This document shows positions 12,511 through 27,300 of a stretch of DNA of 64,000 nucleotides, piece after piece. The notes under the pieces are model-generated. The model saw only the letters and a program-made list of their open reading frames with translations, did not search any database and was not told the DNA's origin. The translations under genes were made by a program, and so were the position numbers. The stretch spans positions 14,198,001 through 14,262,000 of the forward strand of contig OX597821.1 of assembly GCA_951406725.2 (NCBI GenBank), read 5' to 3'. The DNA comes from Octopus vulgaris. Its lineage: Eukaryota. Numbering within the stretch: the first letter of the stretch is position 1; each line of letters opens with the position of its first letter.

Positions 12511-14997
12511 TGTGTGTCTTTTAACAGGATAACTATCCAAGGTTAGCTGAGGGAACTTGGCATTCATTGAATCAGAATTCAAATCACTGCAGCTGAATAA
12601 ATCCTGGTTTCTGTTAGTATGGAACTAACAAAAGACTGGATTGAAAGGAATTGTTTATCCAGCTTCCTATTGTTGCATAACCCATTCTTCAAGTCCATTG
12701 CTAACTCTCACACACATACATTTACATATGTATGCACGTGTGTCAGTGTGCATGTATGTGTATACAGGCATGATCAAGTAGTTAAGAAATTTATTTCTGA
12801 ATCAGGTGGTAGCAGGTTCGATCCTACTGTGTGGCATTATGGTAATGTGTTTTTTTTTATCACAGACATGGAGTAATCCATTGCACTTGGATCAAACTGC
12901 ATGAACAGAAACTATGTAGAAGCTCATTGGATGGATTGTATTTGCAATTAAAAGAGCTAACCTTGGCACACATTATGTAGTGCTAGTTCTATCTGAGAAT
13001 TACGATAAAGGTACATGTGTCTGTGGAATACTCAGTTACTTTTATTGTAATTCTTTGATTTAATAGTGCAGCAGATTAGATAAATGAAATACTGGACTAT
13101 TTATTGTTGAAACTGACAAAGAGCAATCTGCTTCATATATATTTACACACACACTCCCACACACACACACACATACACATACACAATCAAATGTTCACAA
13201 ACTTACACACACACACACACACATATATATATATGCATACATATGTGCATGCATCCACGCACATGCACATATATGTATATATGTGTAAGTGTATGTGTCC
13301 ATGTATATATGTGTGTGTGTTTGTGTGTGTGTGCACATATATGTATATATATATATATTTATATATGTATATTTGTAAGTATATATCCATATATATATAT
13401 ATATTATACTAATACATCTGTTTGTTTTCTACATCACCTGTCTTCGTCTTTTGTTTTTTTGTGAATTCTCCCTATATATATATTTATGTGTTTGTGTACT
13501 TATATATATAAATACATATGTATTTATATATATATATATATGTAGATATTACATATGTGCATGTGTAAATGATTTGCGTGTGTATAATGTTAATTTTTAT
13601 ACCTATGTTATTATGGCGGTAATAGATGCATTCATGCTGATGTGAGAAAGAATAAGCAAGGCTTTAGCGGGACATATTAAAGATGGCAAATATTTGATAG
13701 GAAGAGCTGAAACTATCTTTGGTCTTTTAAAGAAATTATAGATAGATAGATATAAAAAAAATAGAGAAAGATAAGAATGGGTTATGCACCAACACAATGG
13801 TAGTCCGAGCAATCTAAAGCCAACATCACAGAAACAGCAATTGAGTGTGAATATGTGAACAGAACACCAGCTGTGCAACAACCATCGAATGACAGTTGAC
13901 AAAAAGATCACCATAATTATTGTGACATTTATTCATAACCTCTTGTGTCAAACAAACTGTTAAGGAGTAATTACGTCATATACTTTCAAATAATGGAATA
14001 GTTATTGTGACATACCAGTTTCCAAGTCCAAATCACCAAGTTTCCATTGTTTATATTTGATATACAATGCCACATACCAACTTCATTAGTTGAAAGAATG
14101 TGATGTAATTCAATCATACTTTTTGGAAATTTGCACAAATATATAAACATAAAGCATATGGGAAATCGTTTAGAAGAAATTTTTCAAGGTTTTGCTCATA
14201 AATGATTCACAAATGATTAATATAAAGAGCTGACTTAAACAATAAAACTGATATATTTTTCTTAAACGAAAATAGTAATTTTATTTTTTATACTTTTAAA
14301 AACATGTTTATGCCTTGGCTATTCATAAGATCAAGCTTAAAAGGTTTCCTTCGGTCCTGAATTATTGATTAGGAACAAACCTAGATTTATCTATAGAAAA
14401 CTTATTGAGGAACTAACTGGTTCTTAATACATTTAGATATGTGTACAGTCATAAGGGTGATATGCTGTTTACTTCTTATAGCCAAAGCAAGTTTGACTGC
14501 AGTGTTTTAATTCCTTATCTTACACTCTGCCATTGAAGTAGAATATTATATTTAACATTACATGAAAGGGACATGGATTAGCCGATTCAGAAGAGATCAG
14601 ACAAAATTTTTTCGCTATGGCTCTTTACATTGAAGTAAATTCAAATACTACTAAGGTTAACTTTGTCTTTAATCCTTTTCAGTTAATAAAAGAACCGGTT
14701 AAATCTTAACCTCTTCCTTCAAAACATGTCGTTTAATGCAACATATTACATGAAAGTTCTCCAAAATCATAATCCCTTTATGTAACTGTTAAAATATAAA
14801 TGGTGCTCATAATTAACTAAAGTTCTTTACTTCATAAAAAGTAGGAAGAAATAGGTATAGTAAATTTGGTATGTAGTGAAATCTTTTCTTCAGTAGAGGT
14901 ATTTATTGTTTTCAAGCTTCTTAATCTCTAAAAACATTTATATTTCTCCAGTAGAGAAATGTTTACTCATTAGTAAATAAAATAAAATACAATAAAT

Positions 14998-15243
14998 GCA
15001 CCCTTTTAAAGCCTAGCCAGGCTCATGGGCCTGGTTTCCCAGTTTCAATGGCATATATGTTCCCCAGCTGGATGGGACGCCAGTCCATCGCAGTGTTACT
15101 AATTTTTGCCAGCTGAGTGGACAGGAGCAACGTGAAATGAAGTGTTTTGCTCAAGAACAGAAAGTGTCGCCTGGTCCAGGAATCGAAACCACAATCATAC
15201 GATCATGATGCTGACACCCTAACCACTAAGCCACGCACCTCCA
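14998..15243 (-). mobile_element. tRNA-derived SINE related to family D
   Basis: Minus-strand head GGAGGTGCGTGGCTTAGTGGTTAGG...GGTTTCGATTCC; cttgagcaaaacact core. Confidence 0.75.
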
Positions 15244-18061
15244 CTACTCATTAGTAAACTCTTTAAGTAATATTTTTTGGTGTAGTTCGTGAAAAGTATT
15301 TTCTTTCTAGAATTATAGGAATGTATGAAACTGGGGCTAAACTCCATATTTTGCAGTTATTAATGAGATGAGAAACAAATTAACTTCTTGATAAACTTCT
15401 GTTTATCTATGTAGATAAATTTCCCAAACTGAGTATGCATTTTTGGTTTGTTGAACTGAAAAAGCATTTTATTCAAATGACAACAAAATGCTTGAAGCAA
15501 ATATGTTGACATAGCCTACGAAAAAGCTTTATCTTTTTGGTTGTATTACACTCGATCTAGAAACAATAGCACTTGTTAAATCTCATTTCTAATGAGTTGC
15601 ATTTAAGTATATACTTAATTGATCAAGTTGAGCTTGATTATAATTAGTCTTAAATTATAATTGATTGATTGATTGATTCTAGTTTCAGCTCATGAGCTGT
15701 GGCCATGCTGGGGCACCGCCATTTTTGTAATAATTGTAATTATTGTAATAATACTATAACTATAATTTTGAGGGCAGTGTAAGCTGATTATATTGACCTC
15801 AGTATTCATTGGTACTCATTTTATCAAACCTCAAAAGATGAAAGGCAAAGTTGACCATGATGGAATTTGAACTCAGAATGTAAAACCAGAAAATATGTCA
15901 CTAAGCATTTTGTGCAGCATGCTAATGATTCCGTTAACTTTCAAACTTTAGTAATAATTATAATAATGATTTCAAAATAGTGTGCAAGGCCAGCAATTTT
16001 GGGGGAAGGGATAAGTTGATAATATCAACCTCAGTGCTCAACTGGTAATTTTATCGACCTCAGAAGGATAAAAGGTAAAATCGACCTCAGCAGAATTTGA
16101 ACTCAGAACGTAAAGCTAGATGAAATGTCAGTAATAACTATAGTAATAGCATACTGAGATGGTTTACTGATAACAACAACTTCTCCAAAAGTCTTCAAGT
16201 GTTTTCTTTTTTTTATCTGCATGATGGATGTATCTCATAATATCAAGATTATGTAACAATAAGGAACTTTGAGACAATAAATATTTGTGTTGAAGAAAGG
16301 ATTTCTCTATAAATCAAATATTACTTTGGTCATTACTTCCTAGATTAATGATTTTATTTAAACACCCTTAGTAAAGTGACAATAGAATATCATTATCTTT
16401 GTTTTCATTTATGGACAGCTTTAGAGGTTTTGATTTACTCTTATACTTGCATTGCTTGAAGGCTTTACAAACATTTGTCTTTATCATTATCATAAATTAT
16501 TGCTTAATTACTAACCTATATCAATATTATTCTATTGATAAATTAAACATCAACCTGCCACACTATGATAAAAGCAAATTTTCTTCTCTATGCATAATGC
16601 TTATGAAACAGTTACAAGCCATTGAATTGATTTGCAGAATAATACAACCACCAGGGTGTAAATATTCAACACCTTGTTTTAGAGGTCAAATCTTTAATCT
16701 GTATATATTTTAAAATTCCAGTGAATGCATTACTATGTCACCTATTGCCATTATTAGAATAGTAAAACAGCAAGTTGTATTCAGTAGGCCATGAATAAGC
16801 AATTGTCATATATGATTTATACTTTTTACACATTCTTCAGTATGCAAGAAGTAATAATGAGATTCCTCATATTTTTTTTCTGTTAACCTTAAGTAGCAGC
16901 ATACAAACAGTTCATTGTTGTTTTTTTTTTGCTTAAATAATTCAATAAAGAAGTTTCTTTTTTAATAATTTAACAGAAAAATATTTCTGTTATTGTTCTG
17001 TATTTTCATCCTCTTTATTGTCATGTTATATTATTGATTCCAAAATAGATGTTTGTACATATGAAGACTGAACAAAAGCCATTATGCATCATATCATATT
17101 TATGCTAAATCTGAGATTGCTACCTCATTAATTTACATGTATAACACTGCAGGCATTTACTGTATTTTCTAGCATACAAGCCAAATTTTTCAGACCAAAA
17201 TAATTTACAACCAAAAAAAAAAGTAGGTAGACTTTTACACCAAGATGACTTTGGAAGTCCGTGGAATGCTTCAAGATTCAGAAAGTGAGTGACAATGTTT
17301 TAATGATTACAGTACATGTTTATACTATATTCTACTGACTTGTATCTTGGAAAATAAGTTATATACTATATATATACTTTTGAAATTTGCTAGTTCTTCA
17401 GCTCAGATTCAGCAAGACCAATAGATTTAATATTTTACCTTCTCCACAGTTTAATATCTACAATTGAAAGCCTTCACACTTGCACAGTTTTCTATACTGT
17501 GTCCTTTCCTTGTAGAGTATCTTGATTATGATACTTAAGAGATGGTTGATTTTGTTTGCCTTACACTTAATATTATTGTATTAAGATTTGGAATGTACAA
17601 ATATCACTTAACACTAACTTTCATACAAATTATTTTATCTACATTTTTCACTTCTATGTCTGATTACAAATTCTCTTTTGATAAAGTGAACTGTTTCATC
17701 ATATTTACATAGATTATATTTAAAATATTGCTGTTGGCTTCAAAATGATGATCAGAATGTCAATAACGATACTGATGAATGTGATCCATCATCATCATAT
17801 CATTGTTATTGTTATTGTTAATGCTGCCACCCTCATCAGTAATATTATTATCCTTTCATCTGCATCATCATCATTATCATTTCATCAGCATCAGAGTACT
17901 GAGTTGACAGAATTGTTACAGCATTGGAAAGAAATCCTTTATGCTAAATATTCCAAATTGTTTCATTACAAGTTTAAATGCCACTGCAGTAACATTGCCT
18001 TTCATACTTTCACAGCTAATGTGCCTGGGTTGATGGTATCAACTAACTGTCTCAAAGTTAA

Positions 18062-18293
18062 GGCGGCGAGCTGGCAGAAACGTTAGCACGCCAGGCGAAA
18101 TGCTTAGCGGTATTTCGTCTGCGTTACGTTGTGAGTTCGAATTCCGCCGAGGTCGACTTTGCCTTTCATCCTTTCGGGGTCGATAAATTAAGTACCAGTT
18201 ACACACTAGAGTCGATGTAATCGACTTAATACCTATGTTTGTCCTTGTTTGTCCCCTCTGTGTTTAGCCCCTTGTGGGTAATAAAGAAATAGG
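18062..18293 (+). mobile_element. SINE family C (Deu/Nin-like central domain)
   Basis: ggcggcgagctggcagaaacgttagcac...gagttcgaattccgccgaggtcgactttgcctttcatcctttcggggtcgataaattaagtaccag; second copy at 58508-58733. Confidence 0.85.
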
Positions 18294-18555
18294 TATCAAC
18301 TAACTCCCTCTTCTTTAAAATGCTGGCTTTGTGCCTAAATCAGAATCTTGCGTAATTACTGTTGTTGTTGATATTATTACCATTAGTTGCAACTATCCTG
18401 TGACAGGTACAGATATAGGTATGTTTTCAAACATATGATAGTGGGTTCAGTTCACTGTATGACACCTTGGGCAAGTGTTTGCTACTTTAGCTCTGGGCCA
18501 ATCAAAAGTTTCTTGAATAGATCTGGCAGATAAAAACTGAAGAAAGCCTTTGTTT

Positions 18556-18615
18556 ATATATATATATATATATACATATTTATATATATATGTATGTATG
18601 TGTATATATATATAC

Positions 18616-18646
<31 letters not shown>

Positions 18647-18687
18647 TGTATGTATGTATGTATGTATGTATGTATGTATGTATCTAC

Positions 18688-18757
<70 letters not shown>

Positions 18758-18811
18758 CTCTCTCTCTCTCTCTATCTATCTATATATATATATATATACG
18801 TACATATATGC

Positions 18812-18856
<45 letters not shown>
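18556..18856. repeat. Compound (TATG)n(TATC)n(TC)n(TA)n microsatellite
   Basis: Read directly from the sequence. Confidence 0.95.
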
Positions 18857-18858
<2 letters not shown>

Positions 18859-19259
18859 CGCAGGAGTGGCTGTGTGGTAAGGAGCTTGCTTACCAACCAC
18901 ATGGTTCCGGATTCAGTCCCACTGCATGGCACCTTGGGCAAGTGTCTTCTACTATAGCCTCGGGCCAACCAAAGCCTTGTGAGTGGATTTGGTAGACGGA
19001 AACTGAAAGAAGCCCGTCGTATATATGTATATATATGTGTGCCTGTGTGTTTGTGTGTCTGTGTTTGTTCCCCTAGCATTGCTTGACAACCGATGCTGGT
19101 GTGTTTATGTCCCCGTCACTTAGCAGTTCAGCAAAAGAGACTGATAGAATAAGTACTGTGCTTACAAAGAATAAGTCTCGGGGTCGATTTGCTCGACTAA
19201 AGGCGGTGCTCCAGCATGGCTGCAGTCAAATGACTGAAACAAGTAAAAGAGTAAAGAGT
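18857..19259 (+). mobile_element. SINE family A, full length
   Basis: ggcgcaggagtggctgtgtgg ... aagtaaaagagtaaagag. Confidence 0.92.
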
Positions 19260-21892
19260 ATATATATGTGTGTGTGTGTGTATTTATATGCATGTATGTA
19301 TGTATGCATGCATGCATGTATGTATGTTTGCATGTGTGTATATGTGTGTGTGTATTTGTGCACACCCTTGTCTTGATATTGTTTGGTCATAGTGAATAAA
19401 CATCATTGCCATATGTGATGTTGTTCATATCTTATCTTTCATGAAAAACATGTCTGGCCGTGGAGAAATATCACTGTGCTTAGTAGCAAGTGATGGTTGA
19501 GAACAGGAAGGGCATCCGGCAGTAAATAATCTACACCAAAATATTTCCATCTGGCTAAAGAAAGCATGAGAAAAGTGGATGAGTAAACAATGAAAGCAAT
19601 GATGAATTTCAACTGCTTTATGTGAGTTTCTACAGCACCACTAGGTAGGTACATCATCATCTTCTTGAGGTGTGAGCAGCCACTGTAGAACTGTGTTGTC
19701 ATTCTTCACCCATTATACTTTGTTGTGTAGCTTGATTTGTTGTTTCTGGTGTTACTGGTGTTTTATGCTTATATGATGCTTTAGTGCCAAGTATTAGTCA
19801 TGTGAGAATATGTGTTGTGTAGTTTTATTGGATGTTAATCGTATTGGTTTTGGTAGGCTTAAGAGTTGCATGCAGTGAGTGTGCTGTGTGAGTTGTGCTA
19901 TGGAATTGAATGTGTCTTGTATAGAATGTGGATTGTGTCTAGCATAGCTACTATTGAGCTGTGTAATGCTGTGTGATGTGGTTTGTAAGAAACTGGAATT
20001 TCATCTACTGAAAGTAGAGATTCTAACTTGAACAAGTCATTTAAATCTACATGTCTAGATTTATAGTCACTTCTGTTAACTGCAAATGAGAAAATATCCA
20101 ATCTTAATAGTCTAGCTCTTTTCAGGAAACTTCAAAAATATTTCTGTCAAATGTTTGTGAAATGGAGAATTTGAGTATATGTCTGTCTATTATTGTTACG
20201 AAGACCATAGTGATAACAACGATATAAGGAAACTGTCTAGATGTTTTACAGTATCCATAGATATCCATAATTTGATTCCTCTGGGTCCTAAATTGAAAGT
20301 TCATTGAGGTTTTCTTTATTTTCATTTTTCTGGATTTGATAAAATTGATAAAATAATTATGAGTAATACATAAAGGTCAAATTAATTAATGTTTGCAACT
20401 ACTCTAAAAATAATTAACCTTTTACTTAATCAAAAGAAATCATTGCCACCAGTATAATTATTATTACTGTTGTTATTATTTGTATTCCTAGAGAAAATAT
20501 GGTTTTTAAATATTAAATAAAAGAAATTATGAAATTGTTGTAGCTTATTTTTTAATTCCAAAAAATTCATGAATCATGTAGGAAGCAAAACCATACAAAA
20601 TAACTCAAAACATTTCCATGATTTGTGCCAAGTACTATGTTGCTTGTGAGCTTGTGACACCAGCTAGCATGGAAGATCATTCAAAAACAAAGAATTTTAT
20701 TGCTACTGAAAAATAGTTAAAGTGTAAAAATATATACGTATATTGAGTTTTTTTTTCTGTAATTTTTATATATACATTTTATGAATCATAAATTTCAGAC
20801 AATATTTTTGTAAAATTATTAAGCTTTCATTTACTCTCTGATGTTAATTATATAAATATTTATCATACTAAATTGTAAAAGATTCATGGAGGTTGGAAGT
20901 CATTACTTTCATAAAGAGTTATCGTTTGAATATTATTTGCTAAAATTTTTAATTTTCTAAATGATCAGTATAACAAAAATAAATAAATAAACAAAAGACA
21001 AAAAAAAAATGCAATCAAGGACACTAGTAGCTTGATGAGAATTTGATTTAATTATAGTTGATTAGAAATTATACATGTGCTGAAGTTTTTCAACTGAATT
21101 CTACAACCAGATTTTGCTGGAGTAATTTAAATACATTTATATCTTTGATGAAGTCATTATTTCCAAGAAGTTGTCAATTATAGAAAATTAGCATTAAATT
21201 ATAATAATTATTTTAATGTTTGATAATACTATTTAATCTGAACTAAATATAATATAAATTGCCATATTTCTTAAAAGACAATACAGTGTGTTGTTCCTCC
21301 TAGCATGATATTAGGTAGGTATTTGGACATCATGTGAAGTCCAAAACGCATTAGAATTATTTCAATGTTGTTAATGTGGTGTCTAATAGATCTACCCAGC
21401 TGGTAGGAACTTCCACAAGAAATCCATTAAACACTTATAAACTTTCAAGACATTTTATCCGAAGAGTATCATTACCCTGGCTTATTGTTTAATAATACTA
21501 AAGAAAAAAAAATGTGAAACAAAATCTGATCAAACTTCATAAAACTATAATAATCTCAACCTGATTTTATAAGATATAACTTGCCCATCACTAAGCCTCT
21601 ATCTTACTTAAACAAGATAACAGTTAAATAAAACAATAAAACTGGCTGATGTGTACAACTGGTTTAGATGTTTTTGTTTTGGTATTTCAAAATGGTTTAT
21701 ACTTTTCTTGAGCTGATATCTGTTTACCACAAAAAATATTTTTGGAATATGAAACAAAGATTTCTTTTTCATACATGCATAAAAGTTTTATTCACTTCTG
21801 AACAACTTATATATATATATATATATGTTGTGTATGTGTAGGTATATATATATGTCTCCTTTTTATAAATAATCTCTCTCACTACATGTATG

Positions 21893-21936
<44 letters not shown>

Positions 21937-21941
21937 TATGC

Positions 21942-21972
<31 letters not shown>

Positions 21973-23433
21973 CATACACACACATATGCATATATATATA
22001 TATACATACACACACATTTGCACACACATATATATATATATATATATGCATATATATACATACATATAAATATACATACGTGTGTGCGTGTATTTTCTGA
22101 AAAATATTTTGTGTATAAAGGTAAACAAGCATTTTATTAAATATCATGTTTCAGACTAGCAGAGTCTCTCTAAAATATATTTCCAGTATATCTGTTTTTG
22201 TTTTCTATATAAAAAAAACAAAACAAAAATGTGTCGCATACTTCTGGAGAAAGTTGAGAAGAACTGAATCTATATGTATAAATACAAACACACACACACA
22301 CACACATGCATGTGATGGACTTTTCCATTGAAATAGAAGTAATGCATCCAGTTGTGCAATCAAACGGATGACCTACTCATTGAATTAGGATAAAAAGTAG
22401 CAGAGTATTCCTCAGTCATGTATAGTCTCAATGCAATTCTCTTGAACATTCAGTGTGACAGAATTTGTTAAAGCTGGACCTTTGAGTTCCAGGTTTCAGC
22501 ACTCTATCTGACAGGCTTCTTTGCAATTACCATCTACTTTAATTCACTTTAGGAGCAACATGAAGCTATGGTAAAGGCACTTATCCAAGGTGTTACTCAT
22601 TAGGATTAAATCTAGGGCTTCAGGATTATGAACCAAACTCTATTCTACCATGCTTGCTTATGTATGAATTTGGCTCAAGACCAATGAAAAGTCAATGACT
22701 GACACTTCACTTGTTATGGTGATGAGGGTTCCTGTTGATCGAATCAATGGAACAGCCTGCTAGTGAAAGTAATGTGAAAGTGACTGAGCATGCTACAGAT
22801 GCTTGTACCTTAACATAGTTCTCAAGGAGATTCAGTGTAACACAGAATGTGACAAGGCTGGCCCATTGAATTACAAGTACTTCTCAATTTTGCTAGCTGA
22901 GTAGACTGGAGCAAAATGAAATGAAGTGTCTTACTCAAGGACATAATGCACCACCAGGAACTGAACTCATGACCTTATGATTGTAACCTGAATACCCAAA
23001 CCACTAAGCCGTGTGCCTTCACTGAAGAAAAGTCAATAGATTAGCATAAAAATCTTTATGTACAAGGCCAAATCCTAGATAACTTGGTGGGTCTTGTTCC
23101 TCTATTAGCAATTGAATACAGCTGGGAATTGTGGGTATGAAGTGCACATGATATGAGATAAGAACACTTGGAACTAATTTTGTGCTCTACCCTAGGGAAC
23201 TAGAAAATCCAAGCTAGCCACTACAATTCAAAAAGTGTCACCAGAGAATTAATATATTAGTTTTTTCACATACTTCTAAATGTAGTTTAATAGTTTAATG
23301 TCTATATAATAAAAAACTTTGAAGAATATTTATGAAATTAAGCTGCATTAGACATAAAATTTTCATACACACACATATACATCCACACCTTTATGCATAT
23401 ATATATATATATATATATATATACTAAGTAATT

Positions 23434-23610
23434 AAGGGTTTAGCAACGATTTGCCTCACCACACACCGAATTTAGAAATAGCAGTCACAAAGTTTTGGCT
23501 ATTCTTTCTACTTAAAAGGGATCTTTTTTTAAGTAGAAAGAATAGCCAAAACTTTGTGACTGCTATTTCTAAATTCGGTGTGTGGTGAGGCAAATCGTTG
23601 CTAAACCCTT
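23434..23610. repeat. Long inverted repeat with 84-bp arms and a 9-nt spacer
   Basis: 23434-23517 is the reverse complement of 23527-23610; spacer gggatcttt. Confidence 0.95.
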
Positions 23611-23712
23611 TAGTATTACTTAAACCTTCCTTGAATGGGGCTTTTACATGCCGAACTCTACTTGGTGAAATTAATGATTATTTCTAAATTAATTAATTTC
23701 ACCCTTTATTAT

Positions 23713-23747
<35 letters not shown>

Positions 23748-23965
23748 GTATAAGTGCATGAGGCAGCAAATATCAAATAATGAAGCATACATTTATTTTT
23801 AATATGCTTCCACACATTCGAATGTGCATGGCAGTCACAGCATGATTTTGTGTTCGAGAACAATTTGTCACAATATACTTTGAGTGTAAAAACAAAGTAC
23901 CAAGCTATATCAGCAGACTATGATACACATATCTTCAGTGTGATTTTTGCCTCCTTTTATCAAAT

Positions 23966-24300
23966 GCATGGCTCAGTAGTTAGAGCATTGGGCTCACAAT
24001 CATGAGGTAGTGAGTTTGATTCTCAGACTGGGCGGTGTGTTGTGTTTTTGAGCAAGACAATTTCAAATAGCTCCATTTCACTCAGCTATAGAAATGAGTT
24101 GTAACATTATTGGTACCAAGCTCTGTCAGCCTTTGTCTTTCCCTAGGATAACATCAGTGGCATGGAGAGGAGAGGCTGGTATGCATGGGTGTCCGTTGGT
24201 CTTCCATAAACAACTTTGCTTGCATTTGTGCCATGGAGGGCAACTTTCTAGGTCCAATATCATGGTCATTCATGACCAAAGAGGATCTTTACCCTTTACC
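23966..24300 (+). mobile_element. SINE family D
   Basis: tggctcagtagttagagc...gagtttgattctcagactggg...ttgagcaagaca...cactcagctatagaaatgagttg. Confidence 0.75.
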
Positions 24301-27300
24301 CTATTCTATCAAATGCAGATAAACCCATTAAATATATTTTTAATGGCTGTTTGAGTAATGGAAATAGTCAAGATATTAGAGAGCTAGCCTAATTGTTATG
24401 AAGTATTTTCTGTGGTACCTCATTACTTATTTTTCAATCCTATGAGAAGTATATGTCAAATATTAATATGCTGGGGTTAATTGTTATGTGTTCCATGATA
24501 AAATGTTGTCCTAAAACAAATATAAAGTACTAAGACAGTGAGTTTAGCTTTACACTGCTGCCTCTTTGTGTGACAATAAGATGGCTAGAATCACTTGGAT
24601 GTTTCCAAACTTTTCCTACAATGAGAACACTGTGCACTAACCATTTAGTCTATTTACACAGCTAGACTGGTTGTATGTCTCTCAATGTATGTCTGCGAAT
24701 TTATTGGCAATTTATAAAAATAAAAAAAATCATGATACAAAACACTTGTACTTAGTTTTAAAAATTCACTTGACTGACTTCTATAATATATCATGTGATG
24801 TAGTAATTATTATAATGAAAGGTAAATATTTAATTCAAGAAGTTAGTGTATGCATTTTTAACTTAATTATTTTATTTGTAAATATCAGATAGCAATTTTG
24901 TGCAGAAAATATTTCTCTATAATTCCCTTAATAACATTTATTAAATGAAATAATCCATAATAGTGGAAGGAAATTATTAGTCACAAATCTGTGTACTTTA
25001 GAATAACTAAAACAGTATTTTTTTTTTTTTTTATAAAATGTAAATAATTATATATTTAGAAGTATAAGTGATGTTTTAGAAAATCTTTGTATGGTTCTAA
25101 AAGAAACTGCCAATTGTATTAAAAATATATAATTGTGCCATGCTTTAATTTTCTGTTTCAATGATCTTCCATATATATATAGCTGTATATTTGATTGTTT
25201 TTTTTTCCAAAGTTATGAAGACAACAGTAAGATGTTATGGGGAATACTTCCTGATTGGTGTTGGTCACACCAGCTGTCTGTTAGGTGAGGTGCAATTCAA
25301 TATGGCCCTGATATGACTGACTCACCTCTCACTGGAGAAGAAATCTCTCATCTGGAAGGGAAAGTTTTAATCACACAATGAAAATCTTATACTTAATGAA
25401 ATTGAATCACTATAAGCTTCTCACTGTGAAATTTTCCTAATGATAATTGTAACAACCTTTGATATGGACCAATTTTGCTTTTCAAGTCTATATACTTCAA
25501 AGATTCTGCTAATTGTTATTTCAATCAAACCACCATTTGCAATTATTTTGATATGAGGAAAAATAAATAAATAAATAAATAAATAAAAAAGACAAAACAT
25601 GAAAATAATATTGAAATAAAAGTAATCTGAATGTAAAAATGTACAAGATGATCATTCAATGCATAAAAATAAACAAACTCAAACATGTTTACAAATAACA
25701 GTTTTAAAATAATATAACTAATACTATTAAATTTTGAAAAGATTAAAGTAAATTATTTAAGCAAACAACGTTTTTAAGATGTTTATAAATATATAACTAA
25801 ACATTCCTTTTTTTTTTTCGTTTTTGATATTATAGACTCTACTAATAAATAGAATAGATACCGCGTACTTTGAATATTGGTAAAGTAAATAAATTCTTAA
25901 AAAGTTGTGAAGTGATTGAAGTATACATTTATAAATTGCAACCAAACATTTGAAATTATGAAAACTAGAATATAATATTCTTTGACTAAGTAATTATATG
26001 GGCAATAAACTATTATATATTGCCTCAGTTAACTTCGATGTTATATTCAGAGTTAAGATCATTCAACCATAGTCTTCTGAAGGAACTGTTTGTGTGATAT
26101 CCTATTATTATCTGAAACATTTCTTTGCTTTTGCTTTTCTTGACATTTTGCTTTCCTGATTGAAATTTGTTAGAATTTTTTTTCATTTGTTGTTATAACA
26201 ATTCCTATTATTATATTATTAAAAATCTAATCCTAATCACATTTTATAATATATTACTTTCATTCTAATCTGTTCATCTTTAAAGCGATTTACTTTGGTA
26301 AAACTTACCTATCTATTTATCCTCAATATTATTACATTCAAGATAGATTTACATGCACTGTAGTCTTACCTTTCAGAGTTAAAATGAATTTGGTGTAATA
26401 TCTGATTGATGCTATATTCAGTCAAACAAGATTAACTTTTTTCAAAACTTTATCAGAAAAGAGCCAACAACATTTGAGTGATATGGAAAAGATATTGGCA
26501 TAAAGCCATTTTGCCACCTAATAACAATAAATGATTGTTATATAGACCTCAGTACTTTTATGTAAATTGAAGAATAATTTTTAGAATGTCTTATCAAAAT
26601 AGACTTAGTTAAATTCAAAATGTTAGAGGCACATAGGAAGTCTGAGTGACACAAAAAAGTAAAAAAAAAAAGAGAAAGAAATGATGATAAATAAAGATGT
26701 TTAGTAATATATACATGACAATTTGTCAGAAATAGTCCAGATTGGAAATAAATGATCATGAAAGTAAGGAGCTAAACAAGGGGACAAAACAAGATGATAA
26801 TGGAGCTTTTGTTTGTTGCAGAAATGAAACTCAAACAATAGATATTTAGAGATATTACTGAAAGCAATGCTATTATGAAAATATCCAAATACCTATTTCT
26901 TGATGAGTTGCCTCATATGGAAAAGAAATTCTGTTTAAAATAGTTTATGCCAAAGAGAAAAGAAGCTTAACATTCAAGATGCAATTATTGAAAAAAATGA
27001 TGTGCTTCCGAGGGGGGGAAAATACTAAATGTTTAAAATATAAAACAGTATAAGATAATGGTTAAGAAGATATATTTAACTTAGTAAAAGGATTAAATGG
27101 AAACATCTATGCTGAAAGCTCAAGATAAGTACTACCATGAAAGCATAAATGATAATTCGATAAATGAGTATTTTTAACAAAAAATGTTTGAAAGGAAAAG
27201 CAGTAAGCCTGGAAAATATTTTTGTAGGCAATAATGAATGGTAAGGTACTTGCAGAATTATACCTGATCAAAAGATAAAATAAGATATGAACACAAAATA

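Noticed and set aside
19630-20330. Strand-biased TG-rich region as a possible retroelement ORF on the minus strand
   Set aside because: Only short ORFs with no motif I can confidently assign.
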